64,000 nt of DNA from Felis catus (lineage: Eukaryota): assembly GCF_018350175.1 (NCBI RefSeq), contig NC_058368.1, positions 83,578,001-83,642,000 of the forward strand, in the 5' to 3' direction. Positions 24,880-38,100 of the stretch are shown here, piece by piece (positions within the stretch are counted from its first letter, which is position 1; each line of letters starts with the position of its first letter). The notes beneath the pieces are model-generated. The model saw only the letters and a program-made list of their open reading frames with translations. It did not search any database and was not told the origin of the DNA. Made by a program: the position numbers and the translations under genes.

Positions 24880-26497
24880 AATTTTATTTTTTAATATGTG
24901 ATTGTCAGGTTGGCTAACACATATTGTGTACAGTGTGCTCTTGGTTTTTGGGGTAGATTCCTGTGATTCATCACTTACATACAAGACCCAGTGCTCATCC
25001 CAACAAGTGCCCTCTTCAATGCCCATCACCCATTTTCCCCTCCCCCCATTCACCCTCAGTTTGTTCTCTGTATTTAAGAATCTCTTGAGGTTTGCCTCCT
25101 TCCCTCACTGTTTGTCACTATTTCCCCTTCCCTACTCCCATGTCCTTCGGTTAAGTTTCTCAAGATCCACATATGAGTAAAAATATATTATATCTGTCTT
25201 TCTCTGACTGACTTATTTCACTTACCATATAATGCCCTCCAATTCCATCTACATTGCTGCAAATGGCATTCTTTTATTCCTTCTCAATGCCAAGTAGTAT
25301 TCCATTGTATATATAAACCACATCTTCTTTACCCTTTCATCTTTTTATGGACATTTAGCTTCTTTTCATAATTTGGCTATTATTGAAAGTGCTACTATAA
25401 ACATTGGAGTACATGTACTCCTATGAATCAGCACTCCTATATCTTTTGGATAAATTCCTAGTAGTACTATTGCTGGGTCATAGGGTAGTTCCATTTTTAA
25501 TTTTTGGAGGAACCTCCACACTGTTATCCAGAGTGGCTGCACCAGTTTACATTCCTACCAACAGTGCAAGAGGGTTCCTGTTTCTCCACATCCTTGCCGG
25601 CATCTGTTGTTTACTGAGTTGTTCACTTTAGCTACTCTGACTGGTGTGAGGCGATATCTCAATGTGGTTTTGATTTATATTTCCCTGACAATGAATGTTG
25701 AGCATCTTTTCATGTGTCTGTTAGCCATCTAGATGTCTTCTTTAGAAAATAATCTATTCATGTCTTTTGCCCATTTATTCACTAGATTATTTGTTTTTCA
25801 GGTGTTGGGTTTGCTAAATTCTTTATAGATTTTGTATACTAACCCTTTAAAAATTTTTTTAATGTTTATTTCTGAAGGAGAGAGAGACAGAGTGTGGATG
25901 GGGGACAAGGGCAGAGAGAGTGGGAGACACAGAATCTGAAGCAGGATCCACGCCCTGAGCTTTCAGCACAGAGCCTGACACAGGGCTCGAACCCACAAAT
26001 CGGGAGATCATGACCTGAGCCGAAGTCGGACACTCAACCAACTGAGCCATCCAGGCGCCCCAAATCCAATATGTCATTTGAAAAAATATTTTCCCATTCC
26101 ATTGGTTGCCTTTTAGTTTTGCTGACTGTTTCCTTTGCAGTGCAGAAGGTTTTTGAGGTTTTTTGTTTGTTTGTTTTGTTTTGTGTTTATTTTTTTATCT
26201 TGGTGATGTCCCAATAGTTCATTTTTGCTTTTATTTCCCTTGTCTTTGGAGATGTGTCAAGTAAGAAATTGCTGCAGCTGAGGTCAAAGAGGTTGTTGCC
26301 TGTTTTCTCCTGTAGGGTTTTGATAGTTTCCTTTCTCACATTTAGGTCATTCGTCCATTCTGAGTTTAATTTTGTGTATGGTTTAAGAAAGTGGTCCAGC
26401 TTCATTCTTTTGCATGTTGCTGTCCAGTTCTCCCAGCACCATTTGCTACAGAGACTGTCTTTTTTTTTTTTTTTTTTCTTATTGGATACTCTTTCCT
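24880..26497 (-). mobile_element. 5'-truncated carnivore L1 (3'UTR plus ORF2 C-terminus), containing a CanSINE at 25850-26061 (-)
   Basis: GKWVMGIEEGTCWDEHWVLY-type 3'UTR and KLDHFL...YTK ORF2 peptide. Confidence 0.88.
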
Positions 26498-26557
26498 ATG
26501 TATGGTTTTATTACTAGCCTCTCCATTATATTCAAATGGTGTATATATCTATTTTTA

Positions 26558-29500
26558 AAGTTTTTATTTAAATTCCAGTTAGTTAACATACAGTGTAATA
26601 TTAGCTTCAGATGTACAATATAGGGGTTCAAAACTCCCATGCAGAATCCAGTGCTGATCACAACAAGTGCCTTCCTAAATCCCCATCACCTATTTTACCC
26701 ATGCCCCCCCACCACATCCTTTTTGGTATCCATCAATTTGTTCTCTACACTGAAGACTCTGTTTCCTGGTTTTCCTCCGTTTCTTTCTTTTTTTTTTTCT
26801 CCTTTCTTTTTGTGCATGGTATAATAAAGTGGTCCTGTTTTATTCTTTTGCATGTTGCTGTCCAGTTTCCACAGCACCATTTTTTGAAGAGGCTATCTTT
26901 TTATTATTGAATATACTTTCTTCTTTGCCACAGATTAATTATCCATATAGTTGTGAGTTCATTTCTGGGTTTTCTATTCTGTTCCATTGATCTATATGTC
27001 TATGTTTATTCCACTACTACCCTGTCTTGAACACTTCAAGACATTGTAATGTATCTCGAAGTCTAGAATTTGTGAAACCTCTAGCTCTGCTGTTCTTTTT
27101 CAAGGTTTCATTGGCTATTTGGAGTCTACTGTGATTCCATACAAATTTTAGGATTGTTTGTGCTCAGCTCTGTGAAAAATACTGTTGATATTATAATAGA
27201 AATTGCATTAAATGTGTAGACTGCTTTGAGTAGTAAACAATATTTTTTCCATGAGCATAGAAAGTTTTACCATTTCTTTGTGTTATCTTCAATATCTTTC
27301 ATCAGTGTTTTATAGTTTTCAGAGTACAGGTCTTTCACCTCTTTGGTTAGGTTTATTACTAAGTATCATATTGTTTTTGGTGCAATTGTAAATAGAATTT
27401 CTAAATTAATTTCTTTTTCTGCTACATCATTATTGGTATATAGAAGTGCAACAGTATATTGATTTTATATATTGCAAATTTACTGAATTTGAGTATTAGT
27501 TCTAGCAAATTTCAGGGGAGTCTTTTGTGTTTTCTATATATAGTATCATGCCCCCTGCATGTGGTGAAAGTTTTACTTTTTCATTGTCCATTTGGATGTC
27601 TTATATTTCTTTTTGTTGTCTGATTGCTGAGGTTAGGACTTCCAGTACTATGTTAAATCGCAGTGGTGAGAGTGGACATCCCTGTCTTGCTTCTAATGAT
27701 AGAGGAAAATTTTTGAGTTTTTCCCTCCTGAAGAGGATATTAGCTGTGGGTTTTTGTATATGATCTTTATTATGTTGAGATATGTTCCCTCTAAACCTAC
27801 TTTATTGAGGGTTTTTACCATGTATAGATGTATGTGTCAACAGTTTTTCTGCACCTACTGAAAAGATCATAGTATCCATAGCCTTTATTTTATCCAGGTG
27901 GTATATCACATTGATTTTTGAATATTGAACACCCTGGCAACCCAGGAATTAATCCCATCTGATTGTGGTAAATTATTATTTTAAGGTAACGTTGGATTCA
28001 ATATGCTAGTATTTTATTGAAAACTTTTGCATCCATGTTCATCAGGTGTATTATCCTGTAATTCTCTTGTTTAGTGGAGTCTTTATCTGGTTTTGGTATC
28101 AAGATAATGGTGGCCTCATAGAATGAATTTGGAAAATTTTATTCCTTTTGTATTTTTTGGAACATTTTGAGAAGAATAGATATTAACTTTACTTTAGATA
28201 TTTGGTACAGTACATCTGTAAATCTATATGGCCCTGGACTTTTGTTTCTGGGAGGTTTTTTATTACTGGTTCAACTCCTTTGCTGGTTATCAGTCTATTC
28301 GAGTTTTCTATTTCTTCCTGTTTCAGTTTTAAAACTTTATATGTTTCTAGGGGTATATCCCTTTCTCCCAGTTTGTTCATTTTTTCACATATAGTTTTTC
28401 ATAATATTCTCTTATAATTGTTTTTCTGTGGTGTTGGTTGTTATTTCTGCTGTCTAACTTGTGGTTTTGTTTGTTTGCACCTCTCTCTTTTAGTTGTTTT
28501 TTTTTAAGCGTTTATTTATTTTTGAGACAGAGAGAGACAGAGCATGAACGGGGAAGGGTCAGAGAGAGAGGGAGACACACAATCTGAAACAGGCTCCAGG
28601 CTCTGAGCGGTTAGCACAGAGCCCGACGCAGGGCTCGAACTCATAGACCGTGAGATCATGACCTGAGCCGAAGTCGGATGCTCAACTGACTGAGCCACCC
28701 AGGTGCCCCTCTCTCTTTTAGTTTTGATAAATATGGCTAGGGGGGTATCTATTTTATTTTATTTTATTTTATTATTATTTTATTTTTCCAAAGAGCCAAT
28801 TCCTGGTTTCATTGATCTATACTACTGGTGTGTGTGTGTGTGTGTGTGTGTGTGTGGTTAGTTTCTATACATTTTATTTCTGTTCTATTCTTTATTATGT
28901 TGTTTCTTCACCTGACTTTAGGTTTCATTGGTTGTTCTTTTTCTAGATCCTTGAGGTAAGCGGTTAGGTTAGTTATTTAAGATTTTACTTGCTTCTTAAG
29001 GTAGGCTTGTATTGCTATATATTTCTCTCTTAGGACTGCTTTGTTGCATTCCAAAAGATTTGTACCAATGTGTTTTCATTTTCATTTGTTCCCATGTGTT
29101 TTTTTTTATTTCTTCTTTGATTTCTTGGTGGACCTATTTATTGTGTAGCACCATGTTGTTTTACCTACATGTATATGTGACCTTCCAATTTTTTTTTCTT
29201 GTAGTTGACTTCAAGTTTCATGGCATTGTAGTCAGAAAATATGCTTGGTATGATTTCAATCTTTTTGTATTTGTTGAGGCCTGATTTGTTACCTAATATG
29301 TGATTTCTTCCGAAAAATATCCCATGTATACTTGAAAAGAATGTATATTTTGCTGTTTTAGGATGTAATGTTCTGAATATATCCGTTAAGTCTATCTGGT
29401 CCAGTGTGCCATTCAAAACCATTGTTTATATTCTGCTTAGATTAGATGATCTGTCCATTGATGTCAGTGGGATGTTAAAGCCCCCTATTATTATTGTATT

Positions 29501-32500
29501 ATCAATGACTTTTTATATATACGTTATTGTTTTATCTATTTTTGAGTCCCCATGCTGAATGCATAAATATTTAGAATTGTTAGATATTCTTGTTGTACAG
29601 TCCCCTTCGTGATGATACAATGATCTAGTTCATCTCTTCCTACAGTTTTTGTTTAAAGTCTACTTTGATATAAGTATTGGTAATTCATCTTTATTTTGAT
29701 GTTCATTTGCATGGTAAATATTTCTCTGCTCTCTCTCTTTAACCTGCTGGTGCCTTTAGATCTAAAATGAATCTTGTAGGCAGCATATGGATGGATATTG
29801 CTTTTTATCCATTCTGACAACCTACAACTTTTTTTAAGAGAGCGCACAAGGGAAGGAACAGAGAGAGACAGAGAGACAGAGAGAGAGAGAATCCAAGCAG
29901 GCTCTGAACCACTAGTACAGAGCCCAGTGTGGGGCTCAAAGTCATGGACTGCAAGATTATGACCTGCGCTGAAGTCAGATGCTTAACCAACTGAGCCACC
30001 CAGACACACTTGACAGCCGATAGCTTTTGATTGGAGCATTTAGATCATTTACATTCAAAGTATTTTTTTAAGTTTATTTATTTTGAGAGAGAGAAAGCAT
30101 AAGCGGGAGAAGGGCAGAGAGAGGGAGAGGCAGAATCACAAACAGGCTCTGCAATGTTGGTGCAGAGCCGAACACAGAGCTCAAACTCACAACCTGTGAG
30201 ATCATGACCTGAGCCAAGATCCAGAGTTGGATACTTAACTGACTGAGCCACCCAGGTGCCCCCAAAGTAAGTATTGATAGATAGATATTTAGTGCCATTT
30301 TATTAGTTTTTGTTGTTGCTGTTTCTGTAAATATTCTCTGACCTTTTTTGTCTTGATTACTTTGCTCTCTCCTTTCCACTCAAAGATTCCCCTTTAATAT
30401 TTCTTGGAAGGCTGGTTTACTATTACAAACTCCTTTAGCTTTTGTTTGGGAAATTATGACTCTCAATTTTGAATGACACCTCTGTTGGATAGAGTATTCT
30501 TGGCTGCAGCTTCTTCCTATTCAGCACTTTGAATATATCAACCCCTTTCTGGCTTCCCAAGTTTCTGTTGAGAAATCTCCAGCTAGACTTATTGGTCTTC
30601 CCTTGTAAGTTAAGGACTTCTTTTGTCTTGCTACTTTGAAGATTTTTTTGTGTGTATGACTATATTTTGCAAATTTAATTACAGCATGTCTTCGTGTTGG
30701 CCTACTCTTATTGATTTTGATGGGAATTATCTGTGCCTCCTGAATTTAAATATCTGTTACTTTTCCCAGAGTAGGGAAGTTTTCAACTATTGTTTCTTCA
30801 AATACATTTTCTGACACCTTTTCTCTTCTTCTTCTTCTTCTGGAACGTGGATAAATACAAATGTTATTATGCTTGATAGAGTCACTGAGTTCCTAAGACT
30901 ATTCTTATGTTCCATAATACTTTCTCTCTTTTGATCAGCTTTCTTATTTTCTATAATTTTGTCTTCTATATCAGTAATCCATTCTTCAGCTTCTTCCATC
31001 CTGTTGTTCAGTGCATCAAACCTGTTTCCAATCTCAGTTACTATATTATTCATTTGTGACTGATACTTTTAACTCTTATCTCTGTGGTAAGGATCCCCTT
31101 GATGTCCTCATTCTTTTCTCAAGTCTAATGTGTATCTTTCTGATTGTTGCTTTAAATTCTCCATCAGTCATATTACTTATACCTGTTTCACTTAGATCTC
31201 TGGCTATGACCTTATATTGTTCTTTAATTTGGAATGAATTCCTCCTATTGACATTTTGTCTAAGTCTGCATTCTTCTCTGTGTTAGAAAAGCCAGTTATT
31301 TTTTCTACTCCTGAGAATAATGGCTTTATGAAGAAAATGTCGTATAGTGTGCAGGGCCTGGAGCTTCTGGAAGTATTCCTGGTGAGTGCTGTGTGCACCC
31401 TGCTGTGGTGTTTTAGCTGCTCTATGCCTCAGGCCAGTTGTCTGCAGAGGATCTCTTGCCTGCAGTGGGCAGTGTTTGGTCCTTGGCTAGAATGTGGTGA
31501 GTTTTAACTCCAAGTATGCTCTAATCTGCTTGTTAAATGACAATTGTTAATACTTCCACAATAACTGAAGCCCTTAGAGCTCTCTGGTTGGTTATGTGGT
31601 GTGGATAGGTGTTTCTGCTGGTTTTCTGGGGAAGGGGACTGCTGAGCTGGGACTGACACAAAGTTGACTGAGAAGGGCAGTTCTGTCAGAGTACAGGGGT
31701 TTGGGAGTGGGTGTAAGCAAGTTAGGCAGCCTATGTTGGTGCTATTCTGTTTCCTCCAGGCTGCTCTGTGTTTATGCTGGAGCAGCAGTGGGAGATGGTG
31801 CCAAGCAGCTCCTTCATCCTTGGAGAGGCATCTCAGTGAAAGCTGCCTCTAAAGGAAGCACTCTAAGAAGAGAAAATAACCTTCCTTCTGTGTGTTTCAG
31901 GCATTTTTCAGATCACTGTCTCCACATTATCTGTGGGTTATTTTCCTGCCTTATCTCCACAAACAGTGCAGTCCATCCAGGCCCTATACCAGCCAAGACT
32001 ACTGACCTTCAAAACCCAAGGATTTAGAGATATGATGTGCTGGGTCTTCTGGTGGAGACCGGTCTCACTGAGACTGAGGCAAGCATGAGTAAGAAGGACA
32101 GTCCTTCCAGAGCACAAGAGTTGTGGGGCTTGGTGTCAACAAGTTAGGTAGCCAATGTAGGTGCTGTACTGTCTCACACAGGTGGCTCTATGTTTATGAT
32201 GAGGGGAAGAGAGGGAAATGGTGCTATCCCTGGAGATGTGTCTCTGTGAATGCTGCCCCCAGGGACATGGTCCAAGAGTGAATAATCTCCCCCATGTGCC
32301 CAGGCATTTTTCAAATTCTATTTCCAGTCTGTCTGCCCCCAGATTGTTTGCCTGTCTTCTCCCCAGAAGCAGGGCATTGTTTTCCAGGCTCCATCCTAGC
32401 AAAGTTTGCTGACCTTTAAAACTCTAGGATTTAAGCACCACTAGTTACAGAAACTTACAAAAAATCAGTCTTTATAATTTTCCCAGCTAAAGCTTTGGAG

Positions 32501-32790
32501 AAATGTTCTCTTGTTCATTTCCCTATATGCTCAATTCTCTCTTGCCTTCACTGTGACCATGGCTTCCTCCTCTCTGCAAAAACTATGACCCATTTCTCCC
32601 ATAAACCACAACTCCACACCTCCTATTTTCTTTGATGTGGCCTATTTTCTCCTCTTAGTTGTGGAGTTTCTTCTGTCAGTCTTCAGGTTGATTTCTGAGG
32701 TTTATACAATGGTTTAATAGTAATCTGGTTGTGTCCACCAGACAGGAGTAGCCTAGGGTCCTCCTACTCAGATGCCATCTTCTCTTCCTT
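26558..32790 (-). mobile_element. Carnivore L1 with 5'UTR, ORF1, ORF2 and an internal deletion at ~26805; CanSINEs at 28500-28709, 29830-30009 and 30063-30263 (all -)
   Basis: 5' end gccatctt at ~32780; ORF1 coiled-coil peptide at 30787-31053; EN peptide (DLTDIFRTLHPK) at 29165-29422; degenerate TSD at(a/g)tc(t/c)attttta. Confidence 0.87.
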
Positions 32791-34778
32791 CTAAATGTCC
32801 ATTTTTATGCCAATACCATACTGTTCTGATTATTATAAGTGTATAATATATTTTCATATCAAGAAGTGTGATGTTTAGCTTTGTGTTTTTTAAGATTGCT
32901 TTGACTATTCAGGGATTTTTGTAGTTCCATCCAAATTTCAAGATTGCCTTTTTATATCTATAAAACTTCTCATGGTAACTTTAATAGATATTGGATTGAA
33001 TGCATAGATGACTTTGGGTAGTATGACCATTTTAGCAATAACTTTTCTAGTTAATAAACATGAGTTATATTTGTATTCATTCGTGTCTTCTATTTATTCC
33101 ATCAATGTGGTCAAATTATTCCTAAGTAAACTATGGATGAATGAATGAAGAAACTTGGTATATACAAAGGAATAACTTTTGGTCATAAAGAAGAACATTC
33201 TGCTCTTTGCAACATGGACTAAAATTGAAAGTATTCTGTTAAAAGGAAACCATAGGCTCCAAATTGCATCATTTAGACCAAGTCAACAAACTTGCCCCCA
33301 AAGGAAAGTGACCTCACCTGAAATATTTTTTTTCTATTTATGACTTCCTTGTCTTGCCTTTTTTTTATAAAATGATTTCTTCTACTTAGCCCTTTAGAGC
33401 TCCACTTTTCTTGCTAGATGTGATGTTGCCTGATTCCTGAATAATAAACCATAGTAGATCTTCAAATTTAGTCAGTTGAATTTTGTTTTTTAAAAGATTA
33501 TGTCACACCACGATCTGAAGGGAACTTCCAGTAGCATTCAGATACAAAAAGAAACAAGGTGTAATTCCCTGTAAACACTCTGAGTTTACAGTCTTTCCCA
33601 TTATTTGTGAGGGCTGTGAGTAAATTCTCTTCAATGCTGAGCTCCACTGTTTGTGCATTTGTGCTCCTGATCTAATTGGTTTTCCTTTACTAGGCAGAAC
33701 AGTTTAAGCTGGTTGGATGGTTATGCACAGAGCCCAACTGAACTGGCATATTTGCCTGCATCCCAATTGGCTGGCATACTCACCCAGAATTCAATTGAGC
33801 TGGCCATTTTTTTCAGAGCCAAACTGAGCTGGCAGAATGGTCTGCCCAGAGCCAACCTCCTAGGCTTTCAGACCGTAATTCTCCTGGTGAAAAACAACAC
33901 ACTTTAGCTCTATCTCTGGCTTTAATGCTGAGGACTGTTAGTGGTACCTGCAGTTAGTTCTCCATCTTGTTTTTGATCAGCCCACAGTCCCCATTCTTTG
34001 AGAATTTCTGGCCCAACAACTACCTTTGTCCAAAGTTCCATGGGAATTATTGGTGATGTGTTCAAGGTCATCTTATGGACAAGACACATTAACATTTCTT
34101 ACTGATGATACATTACAGCACACATATTTGTTTGTATTGATTTGTATAGGTAAAGATAATTGCTAACAGATACCTCACAGGTCAAAAGGCTGCAAAAATT
34201 CGTGGGCATTAGCATGCATTTGGTGACTTTCAGAGTGTTCACCACCTCAAGAAGACTCCTGTAATAAAATAAGTTGGTCATGGAATGAGTTAGATTGACA
34301 CTAGATTACCTGCCAACTTCAAAAAACTGTGAAGCAAGGTACACTGTAAAACATGCATAAATCCTTAGCCAGAGGCACATCCTTTTTAGGTATTAGTTCA
34401 GCTCCAAGAAACCCAAATTTTTGATTAAGGGGACACTTAAATTCTAAAGAGTTGGGCATGATACCTTCTGACACATCCACTTATTTTATGTCTGAGAACT
34501 AGTGTCAGAAGTTGCAGATCATCTAGTAAAAATGGCAAAAATCTTACCAAGAGTAATCTAGAATTAAAATTGTCATTATGGGAACTATTCTAATTAGATA
34601 TCACTTAAGAAGTGCATTTGAAAGCAACAGTCTCTGAATTAAACATAATGGGATACTTGTTTCAATTGGCACAGATTACTCCAAAAGTTTTCAAAATTGC
34701 AAAATATTTTCATTGAAGAACTCATTGGAAAAGACTAATGAAAAATTAAAGATATAAGAAGTAACTAAAATAAACTGT

Positions 34779-35351
34779 TGTAACTGAACAACATGAGTTC
34801 ACTCCTTGGTGAATCAGAAACCATGTTGAGTTGTCACACAAAGAAAAGTTTACTTGCAACAAATGAGATCACAGGAAATAGTTTCTAATGATGTGACTCC
34901 CCATGTAAGGGTAGAATGGACTTATTTTATTTAGGGTTAAGGTGAGTATTTAGATAGGGAAGCCTTGCCATCCTACGTAGAGATTGGCATAAGGCTACGC
35001 ATGCATTGGAAACATGCCTATACACACATTGTATGTTATGTAAATGAGGCCAGTGCTCCACCTTGGGTGGAGATTTTAGTATTATAATGAGGTAAATGTA
35101 GTTTTCAGTCATTCTAGAGGTAATTTCATAGTCCATCTGCATAGGCAGGATTCAAAGGTTAAGCTCAAACTGGTCTGGGTGGTCTGGTCTGGCTGTAGGT
35201 CTTGTCAAGATAGTGACTATCACTCCAAGGATGGTTTCACTTTCCACTTGCCTGAGTTAAGAGATAAGCTTAAGAAAAAATGTGGGACAAAGGTTTATGA
35301 GTACAAACAGGTGGGCAGTAAAGATCTGATCTTGGGGTCAAGCTGGTGACA
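34779..35351 (-). mobile_element. Unrelated solo LTR nested antisense inside the provirus
   Basis: The minus strand starts TGTCACCAGC and ends ...gttcagttaCA, the same end as the LTR at 1-611. No clean TSD. Confidence 0.5.
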
Positions 35352-36239
35352 AACTCTTAGTTACTCTTCCTTTGAGTACTCATTCTGGATTGATTTTTTT
35401 TTTCCATGCTAAAAGTACTGCATAAACAAAAAAAAAAAAAAAAAAAAAAAAAAAAGGTCCACCATGTTATTGGCCTTATAGACACTCCCACATCTATCTC
35501 CAAAAGAAGGCCCCCTTAGGACTCCTCTCAGAGTTAATGTAACAGAGATTTTCTGATAAACTGCTATATTATTCCCTTAAAGAGCTAAGGGTAAACTCTG
35601 ATGGATACTAGAGCCTATAAAAGGGATCTTGAAAAAAGTGGTACAAGACAACAAAAGGTGTAAATACCAGGAGTAACTATTATCCAGTGGTTATCTCATT
35701 TTAACTGGTCTTGGCTTTCTTCTTGCCTGAGGCAGCAGATTTTTTTGTTTGTTTTCTTGTTTTGGCTCTTATTGTAAGTGGCTTTAGAGACTTAAGAAGG
35801 TAGTATACTTTGCTCCCTCTTTGGGGCCCTCTCTTACACCCAAAAGATTTATTCAATGCTTCCAAAATATTTAAAATTACAACTATGGACTCAGAAGATA
35901 TGCAATCTGAAGATGATGTAGGTTAATAGGTAGGCAACTTTTATCTCATTTAAATCATTGAAATCAACTGTTTTTATCTTACAAATCTTTTCAAAAATAA
36001 GAATGCAGCTTTTAAGACAATTCTAAACTTACCAGTTTCTTTACCATTCCCAAGGCTATCCTGGACTATCTCAAACTGCCTGTAAATTATTGACCTTAGG
36101 AAACCAAGATCTTTCTTGGAGAAGCTTGCACTCTTTCTCTGTCCCTTAAAGTTTTATATCTTATCATGTTTTTGATATATAAACATAGCCCACAATCACC
36201 TGAGACTGATGGAGAAAAAAAAAAGGAAAAAAATACTGA

Positions 36240-36620
36240 TTTTATTATATATGTAATATTATATATATAATATATATTATTAATATATATAATTTATATA
36301 TATAAATTATACTTATATATATTTATACATAATTTTTAAATAGTATTTTTCCATATATATGGAATATACATATATATGTATATAGTATTTTAAATAGTAT
36401 TCAGTATATATTTCTATATATTACATAGTTTAAATATATATTTATATATTATATGTATATATAGTTATATATAATGTATATATACATGTATATCATATGC
36501 ATATAAATATATGTATATGTATATAGCATATGTATATATTACATGTATATAATATATACATATAAAATATATAATATAAATTATATATATATAATATATG
36601 TATATATTACATATATAATG
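36240..36620. repeat. Long (TA)-rich low-complexity tract
   Basis: Read directly from the sequence. Confidence 0.9.
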
Positions 36621-36719
36621 GGATATCTTTATACCTCCAGATGGTATTCCTGAAATTAATTTGTAAAAGAGCTCTATGTAATTGGTTTAAGACCAAGTGC
36701 TTATAAGAATTGGGCATTC

Positions 36720-36955
36720 AGGGCACCTGGGTTGCTCGGTTGAGCGTCCGACTTTGGCTCAGGTCATGAACTCATGGATCGTGAGTTCTAGCCCCGCTTG
36801 GGGCTGTGTCCTGAGAGCTCAGAGCCTAGAGCCTGCTTTGGATCCTGTGTCTCCTTCTCTCTCTGTTGCTCCCCGGGTTTCTCTGTCTCTCTCTGTCTCT
36901 CTCTCTTTCTCTCTCTCAAAAATAAATAAAGATTTTTTTAAAAAATTAAAAAAAA
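36720..36955 (+). mobile_element. CanSINE
   Basis: Perfect 16-bp TSD aagaattgggcattca. Confidence 0.93.
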
Positions 36956-37657
36956 AGAATTGGGCATTCAAATACTTAGAAAGATAGAAACAAACTCAAA
37001 TATTTCTTACAAGTTTATGTGGTTTAGGAAAATATTTAATATAAAAGCTAGTTTAAGGTTGATGAGTTAATTAAAACAGGCATGTCTTCCGAGTTATCAA
37101 CATTAAATATAAAAGTTTTATTCTACCTAAGTTTACTAGCCAAATTAATTTTATGTAATCTCTTAGGAGATCTGTATAAAAAAATAGTAGTGTGGATAAT
37201 GTCTGACTTTGTCTAATGTTTTATAAAATTTATTTTATTTCATCTAAACATAATTATTAAGAACAAGTGAATAACATATATATGATATAAAATTTTATAA
37301 GTAAACATCTCAACAATACTCATGTCGACTTAAATAGCTTTCACAAATCTTTTTGATACTCTTAAACTTTAAAGATTATCTAAATTAAATTAGATAATGG
37401 GTAGTCATTAAATATCCACATCATTTCTAAATAAGATACAATATTAAATCATTGATTATGCAACATAAGTTTATCTATGTTATTACAGAGAATCTAAAAG
37501 ATACCTGGATGTGTCAATGCTACAATGGAAAATTTTAAAAACCATGTTTTTAAAAGTTATAAAATTTATTCATAAACCTGCAAATCTAAAGAATGCTAAA
37601 AAATAAATGATACACAATTGCTTACTGATTAGTTTTCATTAGAAATTAAGGTTTCTT

Positions 37658-38010
37658 GGGGCACTTGGGTGGCTCAGTCAGTTAAGTGTCCTCATTCAGC
37701 TCAGGTCATGATCTCATGGTTCATGCCTAGTGTCAGGTTCTGTGTGGAGCCTGGAGCCTACTTTGGATTGTGTCTCCCACTCTCTCTGCCCCTCCCCAAC
37801 TTGCACTCTGTCTCTCTCTCTCTCTCTCTCAAAACTAAATAAACATTAATAAAACAGAAATTAAGGTTTCTTGGGGGTGACTGAGTGGCTCAGTTGGCCG
37901 AGCATACAACTCTTGATTTCAGCTCAGGTCATGGTCTCAGTGTGGTGGGATTGAGCCCTGCATAGGGCTCCCCACTGAGCATGGAGACTGCTTGTGTTTC
38001 TCTCTCGCTC

Positions 38011-38045
<35 letters not shown>

Positions 38046-38100
38046 GTTCTTCTCTCCCACTCACACACAATCTCTATCTCTGAAGTAAAAATTAAAAAAA
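37658..38100 (+). mobile_element. Two head-to-tail CanSINEs (37658-37855, 37873-38100)
   Basis: Target agaaattaaggtttctt precedes each copy, and a degenerate third copy follows. Confidence 0.92.
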
